Assembly (NCBI GenBank): GCA_964016885.1
Contig: OZ024747.1
Span: 37,200,001 to 37,264,000 of the forward strand
DNA from: Eledone cirrhosa
Lineage: Eukaryota
DNA length: 64,000 bases
Direction: 5' to 3'
The notes under the pieces are model-generated. The model was not told the origin of the DNA. It saw only the letters and a program-made list of their open reading frames with translations, and did no database searches. Position numbers and translations under genes: made by a program. This document shows, one piece after another, positions 10,791-20,784 of this stretch (its first letter is position 1; every line of letters begins with the position of its first letter).

Positions 10791-13700
10791 GTTCTTTGAG
10801 TTTCAGTCATTGATGTTAGTTAACTGGAAAGTTTGTTGAAATGAATATCAAGCCACTACCTGCAGCCTCAGATATTCAGGACGTATCGGAGGGTTCTTGC
10901 TGTTCCCAGCAAGCATGCCTTTTGAAACGTTCCAAAAAGCGGGGTGAGGCCAATTTTCTTTAATCATCCCTGGAAACTTTTTGAGATGACAATCGGGACG
11001 ACCTTGACCTCATGGCAGTTCCAAATAATTTTTACCTCCCACTTTAAGTCCTGGTATCGGTTAATTTTCTCCCTCTCCTTTTCTTGCAGGCCACATCCAC
11101 AATCAGGCACGATTTTTTTCCTTGCCCACAACCACCAGGTCAGGTCTATTGTGTTCCAGTTTCTTGTCCGTCTGTATCCTGAAATCCCACACCACCTTCA
11201 CCTGATCGTTTTCTCTCACCGACTCTGGCTTATGCTCATACCACTTCTCAGAATGTGGTAAATTGTTTACTTTGCATAGGTGCCAGTGGATCACCCTGCC
11301 CATCACATCATGTCTCCAGCCTTTATAGTGAGTCTGGGCTAGGTGTTTACACTCGGATACAATGTGAGCCACAGTCTCCTCTCTCTCTTCACAGATCCTG
11401 CACAGTGGGCTAGCCTCCTCCTTGTAAATATGGTGTTTCAACCACTTCGTTTTGAGGGCCTGCTCTTGCGCAGCCATTAGCATTCCTTCTGTAGCCTTTT
11501 TAAGGTCTCCTCTTTTCAACCAGTTCCATGTCTGTGGATCTCTGAAATCAGTTTTTTCAAAGAAGGTACTATGAAGGGATTTTTCATGAAGGCTGCTCTT
11601 TCTCCTTGTTGTTATTTCCTCCTTGGACATCCCCTTATCTATTGTCCTCTCCTTCAGTACAATTCTGAGCATTGGCTCCTTACTATCAGTCATGTATTTG
11701 TGTAGGTTGTTTTTCTCCATCTGAACACAGTCCTCTATGTTGATAAGACCTCTTCCACCTTCAGATCTCCTTAAGTAGAGTCTATCGACATCACTCCTCT
11801 TGTGGAACATTTTGTAGATAGTCATTAGCTTCCTAGTCTTCCTATCCATTTCTTTTTGTTCAGCAACATTCCATCTCAGAATTCCCGCACTGTACCTAAT
11901 AACAGACACAGCTCGGGAATTTACTGCACTTATGGCATTCCTACTGTTCAGATGTGACTTTAATACGCTCCTTATTCGCCGAATGTATTCAGATCTTATC
12001 AATTCCTTCATTTTTTTGTTCTTGATGTCATCAGCCTCCAGAACACCCAAATACTTGTATCCTTCTTCAGTGTCAATTTCCTTTATCATCTCACCTGTTG
12101 GTACCTGGATTCCGTTGCTTCTGCTCAATTTACCCCCTCTTCATCACAAGGACTTCACATTTACTAATACCAAATTACATACATATATCATTGCTGAAAA
12201 AACGGACAGTGTCAACAAGCACATCCAACTCCTTCTCACTATTCCCGAAGAGCTTAAGATCGTCCATGAAGAGGAGGTGATTGATGGTAAGCTCTCCCTT
12301 TCCCAACTTGTATCCTGCTCTCACTTTTCGCAGTATAATGGTCAGGGGCATCAGGGCAAGGACAAACAACAGAGGGGACAGACTATCTCCCTGGAAGATA
12401 CTTCTATTGAACTTCACGCCTCCCAAGGATTCTCCAGCTGATGTTAAATCTGTTTTCCACGAATTCATACTTTTAACCAACAACTGTCTGATGGTATCTG
12501 CCATCTTGAAGATCTCTAGGCTTTTGGTGATCCAAGAACGAGGCATCATGTCAAATGCCTTTTCGTAGTCTATCCATCCCATGGCAAGACCAGTGCGTCT
12601 CCTCTTGCAATTCCTCATTACCATCTTATTAATAAGTAACTGGTCTTTTGTACCACGGGACTTCTTTCGGCATCCTTTCTGTTCGTCCGGTAACAAGTTG
12701 TTTGTGTGGAGGTGATGGTAGATTTCCTCAGACATGTCAACAGTTTCCACATTAAGGACAGACATGTGATAGGTCTATAGTTGGTAACATCAATACCCTT
12801 GATTCGGTCTTTCATTACCAGAACTGTGGTACCTTTTGTCAACCATTCTAGTACCTCACCTGACATCAAGCAGTCATTGAACATGGTTGTCAGTTTCGGG
12901 TGGAGGGATGTTATATGTTTAATCCAATACCCTTGCACGCAATCTGGGCCTGGTGATTTCCAGTTGGTTAGTTTTTTGGCCGGCCCCTTAAGAGTTTCAA
13001 CTGTGATACTCAAATCTGTTTGTTGGTGTGCCTGTTCGCTAATCTCCTTATGTACTGTCTCAATCCACACTGCCTGGTCATTATGTTTAACATCCTGCTC
13101 CCATATTCCTCTCCAGAATGTCTTAGTTTGTTCCGCCTCAGGGATCAAGTCGTTGCCTCTTTCTTTCCCTTCAAGCTGTCCAAACAGCATCTTCTGGTTG
13201 TTGTCAAACATGCGGTTCTGTCTATACTGACTCTGCTCTCGTATCGCCTAATTTTTGCACTCTTTGCTACAATGCGTTGCTTCAGTTCCTCTATGATAAT
13301 ATTTAGTTTTTTCCTCCTAGTTGTGTACTTTATTTCCAGTCTATTTTTAGTGTCTATGTTTTTTAGTGTCCCATTCAGTCGGGACTCAAGCTTTCCAATG
13401 TCATTTCTCAGTTCCTTGATTTGACCATTCAGTCGTTTCTTCCACCAAGGTTCTGGTCTTTCTTGTTTGTTGTTTCCTCTTGCTTTTATGCCATGTATTT
13501 TCCTCACCGCATTTGCTGTTGCTTTGAAGATATTGTTGCACTGGGGAAGGCTCCTCGCCTCAAGGTATGGGATGACTTTGTTTACCTTAGCTGTTGTTTC
13601 TTTTAACTTTTTCCTGTCTACAAATCTTAGGTTCATAGGTTTCCCACTATCATTGTTCAATTCATCTACCACTAAGTTTAGGATATCAACCAAATCTTGT

Positions 13701-14330
13701 CCTAGCCCGTCAGCATTCATCTCCTCAATGGCCGTATCTTTGTTCCAGGTATTATTTATTTCAGCATTCAGATCATTGTCTGCTTCAGATGGTTCCTCCG
13801 TTCTCTCAACCTCTTCACCTTCATTTCCCACTGGCTCGTTTGCCTGGCATACTCCACTCTCCATTTCCAACCTAATCTCTCTGCTCAGTTCCTCCAGTTC
13901 CAGCTCGCTTTTAGTTCTTATTAGTTCTTATTACCCGAGCCTGCCCGGCCAATTTTTGTTCATCTAATTTAAATAGGCCAATCTCGTTCCAGATGTTATG
14001 CATCCGTTTCCTATAGCCTTTCTCCTTGGGGTTACTCTTCAGGTAACATTGCATAACAGTTCTATTCAATTCTTTCGTCCGGTTGGTTCTGGTCCCTTTC
14101 CTTCTTCTTCTCCCTCCGACACCAGCAGTATTTGGTTGACAGCCAGGTCCCTGCTGCTGAGCCAGGGAGCACTTGCTGGGTGAGAGTCTGTCACGTGACA
14201 TTCCAGTCTCCACTTCACCGTTATTCGAACTGTTTAGGTTCGACATTTAAACACTCTTATTGAGGATTGGTGAATGTATGGTTACATAACCACCGGTGAT
14301 TTTAGTGTGTCACTATCACGCTGTAGACGA
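10791..14330 (-). mobile_element. Decayed Dong/R4-like non-LTR retrotransposon (RT plus restriction-like endonuclease)
   Basis: Fragment ORFs: [76 protein letters not shown]; 3' end joins (TAA)n. Confidence 0.88.
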
Positions 14331-14579
14331 ACATAAATAAACAAACAAACAAATAGGTAACCCCCCCCCCCCCCAACACACACACACACACACAAAAAAA
14401 GAATAAGCATAAGTTTCATTGTAATGTAATGTTTGAATGTCTGACTTAGTTTTTTTTTTCCTTCTCTGTCTGTCTGTTTGTTTTTCTTTCCATTTTCCTT
14501 TTCTTTATGTTTTTCGTTGTTGCTGTGCTGTTTTGATTTTGATTTTTGTTTTTTTGATTTTTTGACCGGGTCATCCTTA

Positions 14580-14584
<5 letters not shown>

Positions 14585-14638
<54 letters not shown>
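14585..14638. repeat. (ATT)18 microsatellite, 5' target of E3
   Basis: Pure ATT run directly before E3. Confidence 0.95.
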
Positions 14639-14846
14639 GGCGACCTACGTAGTAAATCGTATCATCGTGAGCTCCGCAAAGGTTTGTTATTTCCGTTTGT
14701 TAAAAATTGCCGTTTATGGAAAATTTTTATTGTTAACTATATATAAGCGCACATACATTGTTTTCCGAAAAGGACACCCAAAATGATTGGGGCCTTGTGC
14801 CCAAAATTTAAACTTTTATGATTATCAAAAGATTTCTTTGAAAAAA

Positions 14847-16826
14847 ATGGCTAATTCACCTCTGCACCAAGCAGCTGAAAGCCTTCCTCACAAATTAACA
14901 CCTCACACCGACACCACCATTGTAAATGTTACTACGTTTACCAACACTAAAAAAATATAAGCAGTAGCAATATTTTAAATTTGTCTCAGGCAGACATTCA
15001 TTTCCCGTCATTACCAATGACTGCAGGTGTTAAAGCCGCCACCACCACCACTACCGCGACAACCCCCACCCCACCACCACCGCGACAACAGAAACAAAAG
15101 GAAAAAATAAATCAACTCGTGATGTCGAAATATTTTCGACCAAAATGGACTCTTCCAAACCGACTTTCACTAACGTCCCCACCATCACAACTGAAACTAA
15201 AATTAATAATAACAAAAATAACGATAGCAACAACAACAATGACATTAAAAAAAACCACCCTGAGTTTTGCCAGAGTAGCAAAACAGTTCGAAGCATTTAC
15301 GGTAACTCAGGAGGGTTTAGAAAATGCCAAACAAATGGTAAAGAAAGATGGGTACAGGGTCAGCCTCACCCCCCCCCCCTAATAAAATGGAGCATCGGCG
15401 CCTATGCACCGTGTCGTATCGAACAATAAATGTAAAATCGCGCCGAGTGGAACGGGCATCCGAGTCCCAAATCCAAAAAGCTTTGGGACATGTGTGGGCA
15501 AGAAAAATCCACATCAGACGTGGGCAGAAGTATGGAACCGTGGACGTGTTCTTTGAAACACCAGAGGAGGCTAGAGAACACTCCATGGCCCCATTAAGAA
15601 GTGACGACTTCACACTCGTCCCAAGCTATTGTGGCCAGAGACTCGTAAAGATCAGGGTGACCCACGTTCCACCGACCATCGAAATTCCCTGGCTAATAGC
15701 GGCCGTCCTCGCCGGCATCGAAGCCAACACAAAGATAATAGCAATAGCAAAAGAAAAGCAGGAGAACTGGTCCGGATCTGGGATGGAGCTCCTGATCCAA
15801 GCGGACCAAAAGAGCATTGAAGAGATCCCAGAGGTAATAGACCTCACTGACGGCAGCCACCTCACCGTAATTGTCGAGGGCAGAAGGCCTAGGTGCGTCG
15901 TTTGTGGTGAAGGAACCCACCTAAGGGCTTTCTGCCCTCAGGCTAAAAGGTTGAGGCCACCTCTCCTACCCACCCCAGTGACACAACCATCAACACCACC
16001 AGTAGCAGAGATGGCAGCAACAACTGTAGCAGCAACAACAGAAGCAACTATAACAGCAACAACCCCATCAACAGTAGCAAAACCAACACCACCACCACCA
16101 GCAAAACCAACACCACCACCACCGAACGCTTCAGAACTAGCACCAGCGCCTACACCATCCACCACGCCACAAACAAAACTAACGCGTGTGGACGATTTTC
16201 CACTCCCCGGCCTATCACAACTGGAGACAGATTGTGACGACGAGGAGTGGGAAACGGTATCAGGAAAAAAAAAGAAACCAAAAAAGAAAAAATTCTCTTC
16301 ATTCCCCCTCCAAAAACAAAATACAGAGGGAAACAAATAAATTAACAAACAAAAAAGTTAGGACAGATATGCCACCATCCACACCAGCATCACCAACCAC
16401 ATCAAACCCAAACACCAACACCATCACCATCATTAACCCCAACACCACCATCACCTACACCACAAAAGTCACCAAAATGCGAAACAGAAACAAACCCACA
16501 ACAAACGCAAACAAAACAACCAAAACGATACACACTACACAGCATTAAATTTGAACAACAACCAATTATTACACTACATCCAACACAACACCAGCATCAC
16601 AGAAAATGACTACACAACAACCCAAAAATTCACACCACCTCCACACATACAAATCACTCGCATCACACAGAAAACGTACATGACACTAAAACAAAAATTC
16701 CCCAAAGACATCGGAGACTTCCGACAAGCACTCTCCAGGAGGATTTATAAGGACATCCTTCCTGAGGAGGCCACAGGCAGTGAAAAGGATGGAAAAACCG
16801 TCCTTCCCCTACGAGAAGTAAGGTAA
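14847..16826 (+). pseudogene. E3 ORF1, broken into several frames
   Basis: CVVCGEGTHLRAFC knuckle in 15348-16340; C-terminal domain in 16551-16826; breaks lie at or near A/C homopolymers. Confidence 0.8.
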
Positions 16827-16861
16827 GTGGTCTTTCCCATCTTTTCCACTCTATTTTAAAC

Positions 16862-19800
16862 ATGACCTCACTCAGAATAGGCAGCATAAATGCGCGTGGC
16901 TTGGGGTCGTCATGGAAGCAGGGTCACCTGCTCAACGACCTCAGGTCACTAAACATAGATGTAGTGGCCATCAGCGAGACCAGAATCTCCGAAGCACGGG
17001 CCTTCGCACCGATCTTCGGCGGCTACGATGTGTACGCATCTCCCAGCCGTCCTGGATCGGGTGGAGGAGTTGCTGTGCTTTTTCGGAGAGGTTTGGATCT
17101 CGCCATACGGGCCATCTTCCTGGACCCAGAGGGTAAGCTGGTGGTGCTGGACGTGACCAGCGGAGACGGGCAAGCTTTCAGGCTAGTGGCCGTCTATGCC
17201 CCGACAGGAGCAGGGCGGCCTGATTTCTTCCGGCGTCTGGAGACCTTTCTTGGAACGTCCCGCTCTTTAGTGTTAGTGGGCGACTGGAACGGGATCTTAG
17301 ATGCACGCTGGGACTGTGTGGGATTAGCGGATAGGGGTGGAGGGTGCAAGAGCCTCACCAACCTGCTCAGGCGTTTTGAACTGTCTGACAGGTACCGATT
17401 GGATTTCCCGAATGTGCCAATGTGGACTTGGACAAACCGCATAGGGTCATCCAGATCATATCTAGATAGAGTATTTTGTAGGGAAATAGATAGGTCTAGC
17501 ATAGGCTGTCCACAATTCAAGATAGTCAGCTACACGGACCACAAATTCGTGACCTGTGTGCTTGACTTAGATAGGCTTCATAGACGAGGACCCGGCTACT
17601 GGAAGCTAAACGCGTCCTTACCAGCGCGCAAGGCCTACAGAGACCGGATTAGCGAACTAGTTAAGCGGGCGTTGACGGGGGCCATCGTCAACAACAAGTG
17701 GTGGTTTGCTCTGAAAAGAGCGATTAGAATAGAATCGATTAGGTTTAGTAAGGCTTTAGCAATAGAGAAAAATAGAGCAGAGGGAGAACTAGTTAGAAAA
17801 TTAGACGAGGCGCTTAGCAAAGGCATTGCGACCGACGTGCTTGCGGCGAAATTGGCCCTTGACCAATTCTTCAATGCAAAGCACGAAGGCTGCGTTGTCA
17901 GAGCTAGGGTGCGTGCTCTCAGACACGAGGGGACGAAAGCCGTTCAATGGGCCCGAGTGGCGGAGGCGCGTCGTGGCAACAAAGCCACGATCCGGTCTTT
18001 GGTGGACCACGACGGGCGCATGCTACTCGATCCCGGGCAAATGTGTGAAGCTTTTCAGCGACACTTCGCTCAGCTGTTCGGGGGCAGCGGGGGGCCGGGT
18101 AGAGGGATGGACTTTAGTGTCTACCTCGACGGACTGCCGCGGCTCTCGGCCACTGAGGCGAAGTGTTGCGAAAAGCCGATAACAGCCGCTGAAGTACGGG
18201 AGGCAATGACTGGCTGCACAAGGGGTAAATCGCCTGGTTTGGATGGTCTGCCCTATGAACTTTACGTACAGATGCCAGACTTGTTCGGAGGCCTCTTGGC
18301 GGACGTCTACTGCAACTGGCAACAGAACGGGAGAATTCCCAGTTCTGTGAGCCGAGGAGCGGTGGCACTGCTGAGAAAGGATCCGAACAAGGGGGATAAC
18401 ATAGACAATTTCCGGCCCATAACTCTGCTAAACACAGAGTTTAAGATTTTGGCCAAGGTGCTAGCAAAGAGGTTGGCGCTTGTCGTTGGTGGTCTGGTGG
18501 GAGAGGCGCAGACATGCGCCATTCCCGACAGATCCATCCACGACAACCTCCACCTCATGCGATACATCGTAGAGAGGGTAGCTAGGGAACCTGGCACGGG
18601 TGGGTCCTTGATCAATTTAGATCAGTCGAAAGCTTTCGATAGGGTCGACCATCGTTACCTAGCGGCAGTCCTGAGGGCGGCTGGCTTTGGGCCCGTCTTC
18701 AGAGGCTGGATCGCTGCCATGCACAGCGACATCTGCTCTGTAGTGAGAGTGAACGGTCACCTGTCGGAACCGTTCAACATCATGCGCTCGGTCCGCCAAG
18801 GATGTCCCCTCTCGTCCCTCTTGTACGTATTGACTCTCGAGCCATTACTGCACAAACTGGAGACGTTGAGGGGAGTCCCGCGCGAACTAGGATGCGGAAG
18901 ATCCGTGTCAGCATATGCGGACGATGTCACCGTAGTGGTGTCGAACGCCAAACACATCGAGGCGATCGGCACTACACTAAGAGAATACGAAGCGGTGACA
19001 GGAGCAATGATCAACCAGGAAAAGTCAGTGGGCCTGCAGCTCGGCACCTGGAGAGGCAGGTCCATGCCGTCCAACAGCGTCGTCGGGCGCTGGACGGACG
19101 GACCGGTTAAATTGCTAGGGGTCTGGTTCGGTCCGGACCTCCAGACGGACAAAAACTGGGACGAGGTGACGAGCAGGGTGGCTTCTCTCACCCAGAAATG
19201 GGCGGAGAGGAAGCTATCCCTGAAAGGTCGAGCGGAGGTGGCTAACGCGTACATCGCGTCTGTCATCTGCTACCGCCTAACCGTCGTACCTTGTCCTAAG
19301 CCTCGCCTGACTGCGCTGGAGCGTTTGCTCTTTCGCTTTTTGTGGAAGGGACGTGCTCCGATGGTCAGGCGGTCCATCTGTTGTCAACACCCGCTACGTG
19401 GAGGGCTGGGCATGCCGTGGCTGATGATGCGCAGGCACGCGCTCAGGCTACGACATCTCCACCTCTTCCTCGACGGTGATCAGGTGTGGTCGCCGTTTGC
19501 TAGACGCGTTTTTCCCCAGCTCGTTTCCTTGACGGAGCTGCAGTCCTGGGTCAAGCGAAGACCGAGAGGGAGCGCCTGGAGACTGGAATGTCTTCAGGCG
19601 CTCACAGCCCTCGACCAATCGGGCAATGTGATCGGTGGAAACTCCACCTCGGCGTTCTATAGAGGATTAGTGGAGGGGAAGAGCGACGACGTACTTGGGG
19701 AAACTCTAGGCGTCGACGAAAATCAACTAGCCAATCTCTTCGGAAGAACTTTCGGGCCAGGGCCTATGGACAACTTCCAGAAATCTCTGGCCTGGCAGTG

Positions 19801-20281
19801 CTACCGAGGAGCCTTGCCAGTTCGGGATAAACTCTACAGGCATGGAGGTGCCGTCAGCCGGGCATGTCCGAGATGCGCGCAGGGCGACGAAACCGTCCTG
19901 CACGCACTCGTCCAGTGTCCGAAAATTGCTGACTTGTGGGTTTATGTCGAACACCTGCTGTCGCGTTTAGGACGGATCCAGCTATCATCTGAGTCTATCG
20001 TGAGGATTGCCCCGCCCTCCTCCTTTAGCCGGGAAGGGCAGGCAGTTTTTATCTGTCTGGTGGCCATGGCGAAAGAGATAGTATGGTGGACACGTTTGAA
20101 AGGGCTGAAGACGAGCACTTACCTCTTCGGTGATGCTCTGATTGACTTTTTCAAATTTCATTTGAAAAGGAAAATCAGAGTAGAGAAGGAAGTGCTCTCT
20201 TCCCAGCATTTTGTTGAAAGATGGGTGAGAGAAGCAAGAATGGCCCGAGTGAATGGGCCGACTCTGAGTATATATCTGTAA
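16862..20281 (+). CDS. E3 ORF2: APE endonuclease-reverse transcriptase (1139 aa)
   Basis: Uninterrupted; GDWN, TDH, RQGCPLS, YADD, CPRC..HALVQC. Confidence 0.97.
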   Translation: MTSLRIGSINARGLGSSWKQGHLLNDLRSLNIDVVAISETRISEARAFAPIFGGYDVYASPSRPGSGGGVAVLFRRGLDLAIRAIFLDPEGKLVVLDVTSGDGQAFRLVAVYAPTGAGRPDFFRRLETFLGTSRSLVLVGDWNGILDARWDCVGLADRGGGCKSLTNLLRRFELSDRYRLDFPNVPMWTWTNRIGSSRSYLDRVFCREIDRSSIGCPQFKIVSYTDHKFVTCVLDLDRLHRRGPGYWKLNASLPARKAYRDRISELVKRALTGAIVNNKWWFALKRAIRIESIRFSKALAIEKNRAEGELVRKLDEALSKGIATDVLAAKLALDQFFNAKHEGCVVRARVRALRHEGTKAVQWARVAEARRGNKATIRSLVDHDGRMLLDPGQMCEAFQRHFAQLFGGSGGPGRGMDFSVYLDGLPRLSATEAKCCEKPITAAEVREAMTGCTRGKSPGLDGLPYELYVQMPDLFGGLLADVYCNWQQNGRIPSSVSRGAVALLRKDPNKGDNIDNFRPITLLNTEFKILAKVLAKRLALVVGGLVGEAQTCAIPDRSIHDNLHLMRYIVERVAREPGTGGSLINLDQSKAFDRVDHRYLAAVLRAAGFGPVFRGWIAAMHSDICSVVRVNGHLSEPFNIMRSVRQGCPLSSLLYVLTLEPLLHKLETLRGVPRELGCGRSVSAYADDVTVVVSNAKHIEAIGTTLREYEAVTGAMINQEKSVGLQLGTWRGRSMPSNSVVGRWTDGPVKLLGVWFGPDLQTDKNWDEVTSRVASLTQKWAERKLSLKGRAEVANAYIASVICYRLTVVPCPKPRLTALERLLFRFLWKGRAPMVRRSICCQHPLRGGLGMPWLMMRRHALRLRHLHLFLDGDQVWSPFARRVFPQLVSLTELQSWVKRRPRGSAWRLECLQALTALDQSGNVIGGNSTSAFYRGLVEGKSDDVLGETLGVDENQLANLFGRTFGPGPMDNFQKSLAWQCYRGALPVRDKLYRHGGAVSRACPRCAQGDETVLHALVQCPKIADLWVYVEHLLSRLGRIQLSSESIVRIAPPSSFSREGQAVFICLVAMAKEIVWWTRLKGLKTSTYLFGDALIDFFKFHLKRKIRVEKEVLSSQHFVERWVREARMARVNGPTLSIYL

Positions 20282-20541
20282 ACTAAAGGTGGAAAACTGG
20301 GAGAGGGCACTTGCCTTGGTGGTCAGGGTCATTGTGGCTTTTTACTGGGCTTTCTCCACAAATGTCCCTCCGAAGTCTCCCCCCTTTTGGGGAATGTTTC
20401 ATTGTTATTTTCATTGTTATTTTTGTTACATCCTCTGTTTTTGTTTTTTTACACGCAGAAATGCCCATTTGTACCGTCCTGCATTGTCCTGCACTGTCCT
20501 TAATGTCTACTTTATGTACACCCTTGTGGTTAATAAAGAAA

Positions 20542-20573
<32 letters not shown>

Positions 20574-20784
20574 GACGAAAGTGGATGTACGTTTTTTGAA
20601 GCTCCTTGAGTAAGCAATTTTTTGAGGATTAATTGTGGAGAATTGTTTATTTTTTTGTACCGCTGAAGCATTATAAGACATTCATTTGTATCCTGTGAAG
20701 GAATAACTCATAATATTTGGGCCTTTTGGCCCAAATATTTGAACTTTATTTTGGAAAAATAATAATTTCTTTTCTCAAAAAAAC

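Larger units (their letters stand above)
14639..20543 (+). mobile_element. E3: full-length Tx1-like element, ORF1 frameshifted, ORF2 intact
   Basis: Flanked by (ATT)n on both sides; ends AATAAAGAAATC. Confidence 0.95.

Noticed and set aside
17194-19266. Recurring antisense ORFs over ORF2
   Set aside because: Shadows of conserved GC-rich coding sequence repeated across paralogues
20289-20613. ORF3 in the E3 3'UTR
   Set aside because: Non-ATG, low complexity, runs through the ATT tail, not conserved in other copies
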